NCBI GenBank assembly: GCA_964616165.1
Contig: CAZTTS010000002.1
Span: 19,463-83,462, forward strand
DNA: 64,000 nt
Reading direction: 5' to 3'
From: an uncultured Lachnospiraceae bacterium
GTDB lineage: Bacteria > Bacillota > Clostridia > TANB77 > CAG-508
Shown: piece by piece, positions 17,905 to 26,992 of the stretch
Layout of the letters: the number at the start of each line of letters is the position of its first letter
How positions within the stretch are numbered: the stretch's first letter is position 1
Position numbers and translations under genes: made by a program
Notes under the pieces: generated by a model
The model's input: the letters and a program-made list of their open reading frames with translations, nothing else
Told to the model about the DNA's origin: nothing
The model's database searches: none

Positions 17905-19281
17905 ATGAAGAAAAACGGTATAACTCTTATAACTTTGGTAGTAACAATAATAGTTTTATTAATTTTAGCAGGAATTTCAGTTGCAATTGTAGTGGGTCCT
18001 GATGGTGTAATAAAACAAGCTCAAAATGCACAAGTAGATAGTAGATATGCTACGATTATGGATAAAGTTAAAATACGTGAAACAGATTTAGAGATTGCTT
18101 ATGAAAGAAATGAAGAAGATCAAGCTGAGACTGCAGAAGCATTTATTGATAGAATGCTTGCAGAGAAACTAATTACAGATATTGATACATTTAATAAAGA
18201 AGAAAGAACAATTTCTTTAGGTAGATTAGAAAATGGTTTATATAAATACACAATTAATTTAGTAGAATCAGCTTCTGAACATAATGAAATAAATGAGATA
18301 ATTAAGATATTACCAAATGCAAACTTAGAAGAAAATTCTCATTTAAAGAGAATGACATTGATTATAAAAACAACTACTCGAACAACCACTGTAAGCTTAC
18401 CAATATCTAATACAGCGGGATTATCAATTAATTGGGATGCCGGTAATGAGAATAGTGAATTTGAAACAAATCTTAGTTCATCTAATCCAAGCCATACATA
18501 TACTCTCAGAGATGAATTTGAAGTACAAATAGATGGGGTTGTAGAAGGTAATTCTACTTTTGGAGGACAAGCAATTCCATCAGTGTATACCAATCCATAT
18601 ATAGTAGAATTAGTACATTGGGGTGAAAATGGCTTTACAAGTATTGGAATTATAGGAGGTTCATTGAGAGGTACAATACCTCAACCTAGTAGGAAAAGCT
18701 TTGAAAAAGTAGAAAGCTTTGATGAACCTTTTAAAAATTGTACCTTATTAGAAGGTAATATTCCAGAGGCAATGTTTGCTAATACACCGAAATTAATAAC
18801 TTTTGGATTAGTTTTTTCTGGATTGTCTAATTTATCAGGAAGTATACCAGGTAATTTGTTTGCAAAAACACCAGATGTAACAACTTTTATTTCCGCATTT
18901 TCGGGTTGTTCTGGATTAACAGGAAGTATTCCAGCTAATTTATTTAGATTTACTACAAAAGTAGATACTTTTTATGCTACATTTTCTAGTTGTTCCGGCT
19001 TGACGGGTGCTATACCTTCGCAATTATTTGCTAATACACCAAATGTTACTTCTTTTAGTAATACTTTTTCAGGGTGTAGTGGTTTAGAGTCAATACCTGC
19101 AAATTTGTTTGCTAATTGTACTAAAACCTTAAATTTTCAAAGAACTTTTGCTAGTTGTTCTGGTTTAACAGGAAATGCACCAAAGTTATGGAATATGCCT
19201 AATGTAAGTTCACATGCTCAATGTTTTAATGGTTGTACAAATCTTTCTAATAAAGAAGATATACCTACAGATTGGAAATAA
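17905..19281 (+). CDS. Prepilin-like N-terminal domain protein fused to BspA-type leucine-rich repeats
   Basis: N-terminus MKKNG|ITLITLVVTIIVLLILAGISVAI resembles a class III (type IV pilin) signal but has Thr at +5. The C-terminus carries about 5 tandem repeats of about 28 aa, NLFANTP.VT.F..TFSGCSGLTGSIP (LRR_5/BspA-like). Confidence 0.6.
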   Translation: MKKNGITLITLVVTIIVLLILAGISVAIVVGPDGVIKQAQNAQVDSRYATIMDKVKIRETDLEIAYERNEEDQAETAEAFIDRMLAEKLITDIDTFNKEERTISLGRLENGLYKYTINLVESASEHNEINEIIKILPNANLEENSHLKRMTLIIKTTTRTTTVSLPISNTAGLSINWDAGNENSEFETNLSSSNPSHTYTLRDEFEVQIDGVVEGNSTFGGQAIPSVYTNPYIVELVHWGENGFTSIGIIGGSLRGTIPQPSRKSFEKVESFDEPFKNCTLLEGNIPEAMFANTPKLITFGLVFSGLSNLSGSIPGNLFAKTPDVTTFISAFSGCSGLTGSIPANLFRFTTKVDTFYATFSSCSGLTGAIPSQLFANTPNVTSFSNTFSGCSGLESIPANLFANCTKTLNFQRTFASCSGLTGNAPKLWNMPNVSSHAQCFNGCTNLSNKEDIPTDWK

Positions 19282-19310
19282 TTAAATAACACAGATATAG
19301 TAAGACGACA

Positions 19311-19339
19311 TTGACAAAAACATTAAAATCTGCTAATAT
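19311..19339 (+). promoter_or_regulatory. Sigma-70 promoter (TTGACA-17-TAATAT) for tRNA-Arg
   Basis: TTGACA at 19311-19316 and TAATAT at 19334-19339, 12 nt before the tRNA start. Confidence 0.65.
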
Positions 19340-19351
19340 TATATGATGTAA

Positions 19352-19428
19352 GGGTCAGTAGCTCAGCTGGATAGAGCACATGCCTTCTAAGCCTGAGGTC
19401 GGGGGTTCGAATCCCTCCTGGCTCACCA
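19352..19428 (+). tRNA. tRNA-Arg (anticodon TCT)
   Basis: Acceptor gggtcag/ctggctc (two G-U pairs); anticodon loop cTTCTaa; T-arm GGGGGTTCGAATCCCTC; 3' ACCA. Confidence 0.8.
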
Positions 19429-19433
19429 AAAGA

Positions 19434-19458
19434 GAAAAGCTTCAAGCTTTTCTTTTTT
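19434..19458 (+). terminator. Intrinsic terminator (gaaaagc-ttcaa-gcttttc + T5)
   Basis: 7-bp perfect stem plus T-run directly after the tRNA. Confidence 0.7.
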
Positions 19459-19485
19459 AATCAAGTATACTGGATTGAGGAAAAT

Positions 19486-20571
19486 ATGAAAATAGGAATA
19501 ATAGGATTGCCTAATGTTGGAAAATCAACCTTATTTAATTCATTAACAAAAGCTAAAGTAGAAATGCAAAATTATCCATTTACTACTATTGAACCTAATA
19601 TTGGAGTAGTAGCAGTTCCTGATGATAGATTAGAAGTTTTAGCTAAAATTAATAAAAGCAAGAAAATAGTTCCTGCTATTATTGAATTTGTTGATATTGC
19701 AGGTTTAGTTGAAGGAGCATCCAAGGGTGAGGGATTAGGAAATCAATTTTTATCATATATTAGAGATGTTAATGCTATAGTTCAAGTTGTAAGATGTTTT
19801 GAAAATCCTAATATTGTACATGTAGATGGAAACATTAATCCTTTAAGAGATATAGAAATTATAAACTTAGAATTAATTTATGCAGACATTATAAGTGTTG
19901 AAAAAAGAATTACTAGAACTGAAAAATTAGCAAAAGCTGATAAAAAATATTTTTTAGAGTTAGAATTTTTAAAAGATGTTTTAGAAAAATTAAATAATGG
20001 CATTCCTGTTAGAAATATGGGTTTAAATAAGGATGAAGAAAATTTAATTTATGATGTTTTTTTACTTACCAATAAACCTTTAATATATTTATGCAATGTT
20101 GATGAAAAATCTTTTCAGGGTAATGAGCATACTGAAACTGTAGAAAAATATGCTAAAAAAGAAAGTACCGAAGCAATCATTGTTTCTGCCAAAATAGAAG
20201 AAGAGATTTCTAATCTTGACATATTAAGTGAAAAAGAAGAAATGTTAAACACTTTAGGTTTAAAGGAAACAGGATTAAATAAATTAATTGAAGCAAGTTA
20301 TTCTCTTTTAGGTTTAATGTCTTTTTTGACTTCGGGAGAAGAGGAGACAAGAGCTTGGACAATCAAAAAGAACACTAAAGCACCTGAAGCAGCAGGAAAG
20401 ATTCATAGTGATATGCAAAAAGGATTTATAAAAGCTGAAGTAATTAATTTTGATCAATTAGAAGAGTTAGGTTCAATGACAAAGGCTAGAGAAAAGGGCA
20501 AAATAAGAATTGAAGGGAAAGACTATATAATGCAAGAAGGGGATGTAGTCTTGTTTAGATTTAATGTTTAG
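19486..20571 (+). CDS. ychF: Ribosome-binding ATPase YchF (Obg-like GTPase family)
   Basis: GIIGLPNVGKSTLFN P-loop and the C-terminal TGS-like domain. Confidence 0.9.
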   Translation: MKIGIIGLPNVGKSTLFNSLTKAKVEMQNYPFTTIEPNIGVVAVPDDRLEVLAKINKSKKIVPAIIEFVDIAGLVEGASKGEGLGNQFLSYIRDVNAIVQVVRCFENPNIVHVDGNINPLRDIEIINLELIYADIISVEKRITRTEKLAKADKKYFLELEFLKDVLEKLNNGIPVRNMGLNKDEENLIYDVFLLTNKPLIYLCNVDEKSFQGNEHTETVEKYAKKESTEAIIVSAKIEEEISNLDILSEKEEMLNTLGLKETGLNKLIEASYSLLGLMSFLTSGEEETRAWTIKKNTKAPEAAGKIHSDMQKGFIKAEVINFDQLEELGSMTKAREKGKIRIEGKDYIMQEGDVVLFRFNV

Positions 20572-20616
20572 TGTTTAGTGTTTAATGTATAAATTTATAT
20601 AATAAATTAGAATAAT

Positions 20617-20650
20617 GGAACTGTAGTTAATATAGTTCCTTTTTTATTTT
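20617..20650 (+). terminator. Intrinsic terminator (ggaact...agttcc + T-tract)
   Basis: 6-bp stem with an 11-nt loop followed by ttttttatttttg. Confidence 0.55.
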
Positions 20651-20758
20651 TGTTTTTGATATTTAATTATTAACTTTAAATTAATAATTATTTTAAATTT
20701 ATGTAGTTTAAATTCTCTTGCTTAATCTAAGAAAAAATAATATAATTTAGATAAATAT

Positions 20759-20858
20759 AAAGCACAAAAGAAAAATATAGATATAAATATAAAGCACAAA
20801 AGAAAAATATAGATATAAATATAAATACAAATATAAATATAAATATAAATATAAATAT
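20759..20858. repeat. 32-bp direct repeat x2 followed by (AAATAT)n hexanucleotide microsatellite (about 6 units)
   Basis: aaagcacaaaagaaaaatatagatataaatat occurs twice in tandem, then aaatac and aaatat x5. It lies 50 bp upstream of the TPR membrane protein start. Confidence 0.8.
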
Positions 20859-20908
20859 GAGAATCTATAATAGGATTTAAAATCAGACATTTAAAAGGAT
20901 ATTATAAA

Positions 20909-22510
20909 ATGATTGAAACCATAATATTTTTAATTATAAGTCTTATATTATTTGCTTATTTATTTATTGTAAATTTGAAAAAAAAGAATAAAAGACAAAT
21001 TCTTTATTTAATAGCAGATATTATTGTAATTCTTATTTTCTTCATTTATTTCTTGAGCAATAAGTCTCATAATATTTTAATACAACTAATTGCTTATATA
21101 GTTTCTATTATAATTCCAGTAATAATTATTATATTAAATCATTATGAATATAATGTAAGAGAAGGTGCTTTAATATTTGCAGTAAATTTTATGCTATTGT
21201 TTGGGAATAAAACATTAGCTAAAAAAATAATTTTTAAATTTCTAAAAAATAGACCACATTCATATTCATTACATAAAAAACTAGGAGATATGTATAAAGA
21301 AGAAGGTGGGATTAGAAAAGCTTTGAGTGAATATATTATAGCTCTTAATTTAAAACAAGTTTCATCACTATATTTAGAAGTTGCTGAAATGTTTTATGAC
21401 TTAGATAATAAAGAAGAAGCAAGAGAAGCTTTAATCTATATTTTATCAAAAGAAAATGACTTTTTAGAAGCATATATATTCTTAAGTCAAATATATTTAG
21501 AATCAAAACAATATAAAGAAGCAGCCAAAACATTAAATGACGCTTTAAAATGTTTAAAAGATAAAGGCAGTTATGATATTTATTATAAACTTGGTGAAAT
21601 TCATGCGAAATTAAATGAATTTAAAGAATCAAGAAGTAATTTTGAAAAAGCATATGAATTGCATGAAAATACAATAATACAATTATATATTGCTCAAATA
21701 TTATTAATTGAAAACGAAGAAGATAAAGCTATTGAACTTTTTAAAGAACTATTAGATTTAGAAACCCTTAAACCATATGTTCTATATGAATTAGCAAAGG
21801 TTGCTAAATGTAAATATGAACCTCAAAAAGCAATTTCATATATTAATGAAGCTATAAAACTTGAAGAAAGTTTAAAAGAAAGAGCTTTTAAAGAAGAAAT
21901 GTTTGCTGATATTAGAGATGAATTTATTCTTTCTGTTAAATTAGACAAAGAGGAAATAGAGAATATTAAAGAAAAATTAGTTAATCAAAAAACAGATAAA
22001 GAAATACGAAAAAGTATTCTTAAAAACTTGCAAGCACATGGAGGGAAAAAGTCTAATGTGTTTGAAAAATTTAAATTAGTTGAAATAGATGATGAAATTT
22101 CAGAAAGCGAAATGGAAATTATAAAACACTTATCTGGCATATATACTACAATTACTGATATGGGAGATGTAACAACACAACAAAAAACTAAAGAAAGAGT
22201 AGATAGAATTTTTAAAGAAAAATTAGGATATATTGCTGTTAAATATCCATTTATTGAAAATCAAGAAAATTTTGGAGTTAATGAGTTTAAAAAAGAAATA
22301 GAAGAACAAATAAGAGAACAGGCAAGAGAACAAGTAGAAGTATCAGAAAAGAATATAGAAGAAATTGAAGAAATAATAGATCAACCTGCTACAAAACTTG
22401 AAACTATAGAAGAGATTGAAGAAGTAGAAGTTTTTGAAGAGATCGAAAACATAGACAATATGGGTGATACAGAGAATATAGAAAACATAGAGAATATAGA
22501 AGAAATTTAA
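20909..22510 (+). CDS. TPR-repeat membrane protein with acidic IENIEN C-terminal repeats
   Basis: About 100 aa of N-terminal TM segments, a central TPR-like region (repeated A..Y...L helical repeats), and a C-terminus EEIEEVEVFEEIENIDNMGDTENIENIENIEEI. Confidence 0.5.
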   Translation: MIETIIFLIISLILFAYLFIVNLKKKNKRQILYLIADIIVILIFFIYFLSNKSHNILIQLIAYIVSIIIPVIIIILNHYEYNVREGALIFAVNFMLLFGNKTLAKKIIFKFLKNRPHSYSLHKKLGDMYKEEGGIRKALSEYIIALNLKQVSSLYLEVAEMFYDLDNKEEAREALIYILSKENDFLEAYIFLSQIYLESKQYKEAAKTLNDALKCLKDKGSYDIYYKLGEIHAKLNEFKESRSNFEKAYELHENTIIQLYIAQILLIENEEDKAIELFKELLDLETLKPYVLYELAKVAKCKYEPQKAISYINEAIKLEESLKERAFKEEMFADIRDEFILSVKLDKEEIENIKEKLVNQKTDKEIRKSILKNLQAHGGKKSNVFEKFKLVEIDDEISESEMEIIKHLSGIYTTITDMGDVTTQQKTKERVDRIFKEKLGYIAVKYPFIENQENFGVNEFKKEIEEQIREQAREQVEVSEKNIEEIEEIIDQPATKLETIEEIEEVEVFEEIENIDNMGDTENIENIENIEEI

Positions 22511-22568
22511 ATTATAAAAGTAATAATTATAATTATTAAAAATATAAATATAGTTTGGAGAGTAAAGA

Positions 22569-24062
22569 ATGAAATTATTAGAACTATTAAATAATACAGA
22601 CACAAATAAATTTGTAATTGAAACGAAGGGCCTTTTAGAAGAAGTTGATATCATTAACATAAGAAATGATTCAAGACTTGTTGAAACAGGCTCTTTATTT
22701 GTGGCAATAAAAGGTGTTAATCATGATGGAGCAAATTATATTAATCAAGCAATAGAAAAAGGTGCTGTAGCAATAGTTATAGAAGAACATCTTAATTTAG
22801 ATGATTTTAATTATAATAATATACCTTTTGTTAAAGTTAAAGATGTTAGGAAGTTTATTGGATATCTTTCAAGAGATTTTTATAATAATCCAACAAAAAG
22901 GATACCTGTTATTGCTATAACGGGCTCTAAAGGCAAAACTACTACAACATTTATTTTAACAAAAATGTTAATCTTAAGTGGATATAATGTAGGAACAATT
23001 GGTACTGTTGGAGCCTTCTTAAATGAAAAAGAATTCGCAGAACTTGATAATACAACAGCAGAAACATTTCAAACCAATGAAATTATAAATAATATGATAC
23101 TAAAAGGTGCCAATATTGTTATTTTAGAAGTATCATCACAAGCTATTGTTAATGATAGAGTAGAAGGAATGCATTTTGAATACTCTACCTTCACAAATTT
23201 TTCACAGGATCATATTAGTGCTACAGAACATCCAACCCTAGAAGCTTACTATGATGCTAAAATAGCAATTGCTAACATGGCCCCTATTATAGCTTTAAAC
23301 ATGGATGATGAGAATGTAAGAAAAGCTAAGGACCTTTTGAAAAACAAAAGACTTATAACTTATGGAGCTTCAAAAGATAATGATATTATTATAGATTTTG
23401 AAAGCATGCATTATACAGAAAAAGGCACAGAATTTATTTTAGAATATAATGGTAAAAAGACGGAGTTTACTACTTCAATGTTAGGTAAAATGGCAGTATA
23501 CAATATTGCATGTGCAATGGCTATTGCAAAAGAGTTTCATATAAGTGATGATATAATTAAAGAAGCAATAAAAAATGTATATGTTGAAGGCAGATTTAAT
23601 TTCATTCCAAATGATTTAGGTATTAATATTGTTGTAGATTATGCTCATACTGAAGAAAGCTTAAAACAATGTTTAGAAATATTTAGATATATTACTAAAG
23701 GTAAAGTAATATCTCTATGGGGATTATCAGGACAAAGAGATAAATTAAAAAGACCTAAAATGGGTAGAATATCTGGCGAATTATCTGATTTAACAATTAT
23801 TACTTCAGAAGATCCAAGAGATGAAGACCCAGAAGATATAGCGAGAGATATTGCAGTTGGTATTGAAGAAGTTGGTGGTGAATATATTATAGAAAATGAT
23901 AGAAGATTAGCTATATTTAAAGCTATAGATTTAGCTAAACCAGGAGATTCAGTTGCATTATTAGGTAAAGGCCAAGAAAGAACACAAATTTTTAAAGATA
24001 AAGAAGTATATCTAAATGAAAAAGAAATTGTGGAAGAATATTTATTGTTAAATAAAAAATAA
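22569..24062 (+). CDS. murE: UDP-N-acetylmuramoyl-tripeptide synthetase MurE (meso-DAP type, EDPR motif)
   Basis: ITGSKGKTTTT Mur ligase P-loop; the EDPR residue pattern corresponds to the DNPR diaminopimelate-specificity motif. Confidence 0.8.
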   Translation: MKLLELLNNTDTNKFVIETKGLLEEVDIINIRNDSRLVETGSLFVAIKGVNHDGANYINQAIEKGAVAIVIEEHLNLDDFNYNNIPFVKVKDVRKFIGYLSRDFYNNPTKRIPVIAITGSKGKTTTTFILTKMLILSGYNVGTIGTVGAFLNEKEFAELDNTTAETFQTNEIINNMILKGANIVILEVSSQAIVNDRVEGMHFEYSTFTNFSQDHISATEHPTLEAYYDAKIAIANMAPIIALNMDDENVRKAKDLLKNKRLITYGASKDNDIIIDFESMHYTEKGTEFILEYNGKKTEFTTSMLGKMAVYNIACAMAIAKEFHISDDIIKEAIKNVYVEGRFNFIPNDLGINIVVDYAHTEESLKQCLEIFRYITKGKVISLWGLSGQRDKLKRPKMGRISGELSDLTIITSEDPRDEDPEDIARDIAVGIEEVGGEYIIENDRRLAIFKAIDLAKPGDSVALLGKGQERTQIFKDKEVYLNEKEIVEEYLLLNKK

Positions 24063-24081
24063 AATAAAGAAAGGAAAACTT

Positions 24082-24363
24082 ATGAAAGAAGAAAAAGTAG
24101 TTAAGACAATAACCAAAATGAAAAAAACTGAAATACAACATATTGCAGCATTAGTAAGTGGTATTTTAAGTATTTTATTTTCAGCTATATGGTATTTAGG
24201 CGTAATTCAGGGAATTACAGCTATTGTGTGTGGAGCTAGAACAAGTTCAAGACATAAATCCAAGTTGGGAAAAGCAGGCCTTATACTGGGTATTATCGGG
24301 ACAAGCTTTAGTGTTATATCTTTATTAATTAATTTTATAATACTAATTTTATATTTATTCTAA
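24082..24363 (+). CDS. Small membrane protein, DUF4190-like
   Basis: 93 aa with two hydrophobic hairpins separated by a basic loop (SRHKSKLGKAGLILGIIG). Confidence 0.45.
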   Translation: MKEEKVVKTITKMKKTEIQHIAALVSGILSILFSAIWYLGVIQGITAIVCGARTSSRHKSKLGKAGLILGIIGTSFSVISLLINFIILILYLF

Positions 24364-24404
24364 TATTAACTTGTTTTAAAGTTAATAGAGAAAGAAGGAA
24401 AAAA

Positions 24405-26579
24405 ATGAAAAACCAAAAAAAGAAGAAAGAAAAGAAAGATACAATTGTTATTAACAAAAAAAGTTTATGGAAAAATTTACTTAAGATTGTTTCTGTTTTA
24501 TTGATCTTATTAGTAGTTGTACTAATAATAAATCATTTTATTAAGAAAACTCAAGAAGGTAAATTATACAATATAAAAAGTGAGGCTCATTTAAATAGAG
24601 TTTTAAATAAAACTAATCCAAATAAAAATTCTCTTCGAGTGATTGCAGAATTATTTGGTTGGCCTAAGATTTGGTATTTTTTAGATGATTATTACTATTA
24701 TGGAACTTTAGATAAATCGACTGACTCGATGACTGGTGGCTCTATTGCTATGCCAACTGATGTTCCAACGCTAAGTCCGCAAATTTCTTCTAAAGAAGAA
24801 ATTACTCTAGATTATTCTAAAACCAATGTACAAATAGAAAATATTGATGAAGCTGATGTTATAAAAACAGATGGAGAATATGTGTATTCTATATCGGATA
24901 ATAAAGTATTGATAACCGAAGTGATAGATAAAGAAAATCCAAAAGTTTTGTCTAAAATTGATTCTGCCTCATCTACATATCCTATGGATATTCTTATGAA
25001 TAATAATAAATTAATTATTATATCTACAAGTGTTAGTTCTTGGGGCTATTATTCTAATTCAAGAACAGTTATTGATGTTTATGATATATCAAATAGAAGT
25101 AATCCTATAAAAGTAAAAGGATTAGAACTTAATTCTGGATATAATACTTCTAGAATGATTGATAATCAGGTATATATATTTACAAAATCTTCACTAAATT
25201 CAAAAGACAATATAAAATCATTTAGAGAATACAAAGAAGACTATAAAGAAAAAGAAATAAATTTTTCTAAAATTAAATATGTAAAAACAAATCCAACAAA
25301 AGAAGCAACAACATTTATAAGTTTAGATTTAAACTCAATTTCTAAAGATGCAGAAATTAGCTCATATTTAGTGGACTTAGAAACAGCTTACATCTCTTTT
25401 GATAATCTATACTTATTAAAAACTGATTATGGTTTTTGGACACAAAATACTGATATAGGAATATATTTTAAAAAGCTATTTGGTCTTAAAGGAATATTTG
25501 GAATATTTGACTATGATTATATAGAATATGACACTTGGAGTGATTCAACAAAAATATCAAAATATTCATTCTCAGATGACAGAACAGATATTATATTTAA
25601 AGAACATACTAAAGTAAAAGGGCAAATTTTAAATCAATATTCGTGTGATGAAAAAGATGGATATTTAAGAATTGCGTTAAATGATCGACAAGGAACAAGA
25701 ATTAAAGTGTTCGATTCAAAGCTGAAAGAAGTTGGTGATACAGGACCTGCTGCTAAAGGGGAAGATAATAAATCAGTTAGATTTGTAGGTGATAGAGCAT
25801 ACTTTGTTACATATAAAAATGTTGATCCATTATTTGCTATAGATTTATCTGATCCAAATAACCCAAGAATAATGGGAGAACTGAAAATACCAGGATTTTC
25901 AAATTATTTACATCCTTACGATGAGAACCATATTATAGGTATAGGAATGGCAACAAACGAAGAGATTGTAAGAGATGTTTATGGAAGACCAATTAGAGAA
26001 AAAATAACTTTTAATGGTATGAAAATGACACTTTTCGATATTTCTGATATAAGAAGTCCAAAAGAAAAAGATGTAGCATATTTTGGTGATAGTAGAACAG
26101 ATTCAGATATAAATAAAAACCCTAAAGCTTTATTGTTCTCAAAAGAAAAGAATTTAATTGCTATACCGGTGAGCAATATGGGTAATCTAATGCCTATTCA
26201 ATTTGGAGGCACAGGATATGATCAAGAATGGTATAGAATGATTAAATCACAAATAGTTATACATGAAAATGTTAAAGAAGGATACATTGTTTTTGATATA
26301 ACAACAGAAGGATTTAAATATAAGGGTATAATAAGTCATGAAAAAATAGATTCAACACTTAATACTACATATTCTTATGATAAATATTATGGTACTAGTA
26401 GAAGCCCTTTAAGAGGATTATATATTAATGAGTATCTACTTACAGTATCAAATACTTTATTGAAAATTAATAAATTAGATAATTTGGAATTTATATCTAA
26501 TATTGACTTAATAAATAATGTTCTAAAAGAAGAAATAGGTAATACTTATGTTTCAAATAGTATTGAGAAAACGGAATAG
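24405..26579 (+). CDS. Membrane-anchored beta-propeller domain protein
   Basis: N-terminal K-rich region plus a TM helix, then about 650 aa with repeated beta-strand blades. The segment ADVIKTDGEYVYSI resembles the archaeal/clostridial Beta_propel family. Confidence 0.5.
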   Translation: MKNQKKKKEKKDTIVINKKSLWKNLLKIVSVLLILLVVVLIINHFIKKTQEGKLYNIKSEAHLNRVLNKTNPNKNSLRVIAELFGWPKIWYFLDDYYYYGTLDKSTDSMTGGSIAMPTDVPTLSPQISSKEEITLDYSKTNVQIENIDEADVIKTDGEYVYSISDNKVLITEVIDKENPKVLSKIDSASSTYPMDILMNNNKLIIISTSVSSWGYYSNSRTVIDVYDISNRSNPIKVKGLELNSGYNTSRMIDNQVYIFTKSSLNSKDNIKSFREYKEDYKEKEINFSKIKYVKTNPTKEATTFISLDLNSISKDAEISSYLVDLETAYISFDNLYLLKTDYGFWTQNTDIGIYFKKLFGLKGIFGIFDYDYIEYDTWSDSTKISKYSFSDDRTDIIFKEHTKVKGQILNQYSCDEKDGYLRIALNDRQGTRIKVFDSKLKEVGDTGPAAKGEDNKSVRFVGDRAYFVTYKNVDPLFAIDLSDPNNPRIMGELKIPGFSNYLHPYDENHIIGIGMATNEEIVRDVYGRPIREKITFNGMKMTLFDISDIRSPKEKDVAYFGDSRTDSDINKNPKALLFSKEKNLIAIPVSNMGNLMPIQFGGTGYDQEWYRMIKSQIVIHENVKEGYIVFDITTEGFKYKGIISHEKIDSTLNTTYSYDKYYGTSRSPLRGLYINEYLLTVSNTLLKINKLDNLEFISNIDLINNVLKEEIGNTYVSNSIEKTE

Positions 26580-26589
26580 AGAGGGAAAT

Positions 26590-26847
26590 ATGGAAGAAGA
26601 TATAAAAATTAAAAAAGAAGCTAAGGGAATAGATGCATTTGTTTTAAGTATTATTGCAAGTTTAACAATATGGTTTTGGTATATATGTTTACCAGCATCT
26701 ATATATGCTTTGGTAAGAAGTATAATTGCGACTAAAAAATCAGGTAAAAAATTAGCCAAAGCTGCATTTATTATTTCATTAAGTGCTCTTACACTTTGTG
26801 TTGCTATATATACTCAAACAATTTTTACAATAATGCAAATGATATAA
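26590..26847 (+). CDS. Small membrane protein, DUF4190-like (paralog of the 24082 gene)
   Basis: 85 aa, two TM hairpins with a KKSGKKLAKAA loop. RBS GAGAGGG precedes the ATG at 26590. Confidence 0.45.
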   Translation: MEEDIKIKKEAKGIDAFVLSIIASLTIWFWYICLPASIYALVRSIIATKKSGKKLAKAAFIISLSALTLCVAIYTQTIFTIMQMI

Positions 26848-26962
26848 AGCTTTAATTGTAAGTTAAAGTCTAAATAAGGCAAAATTAAATAAACATAAAA
26901 TAAATATAAAACAAAGATAATAAATATAATATAATAAACATATAAATTTATTTAAATTTTGT

Positions 26963-26992
26963 TTGACATAATATATCTTTCTGTGCTATAAT
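26963..26992 (+). promoter_or_regulatory. Sigma-70 promoter with extended -10 (TTGACA-18-TGcTATAAT) upstream of rpoB
   Basis: TTGACA at 26963-26968 and TGCTATAAT at 26984-26992; a leader of about 240 nt follows. Confidence 0.6.

Noticed and set aside
20740-20860. Possible CRISPR array
   Set aside because: Only two 32-bp copies, directly abutting with no spacers, then simple hexamer repeats. There are no cas genes. It is tandem duplication plus microsatellite, not CRISPR.
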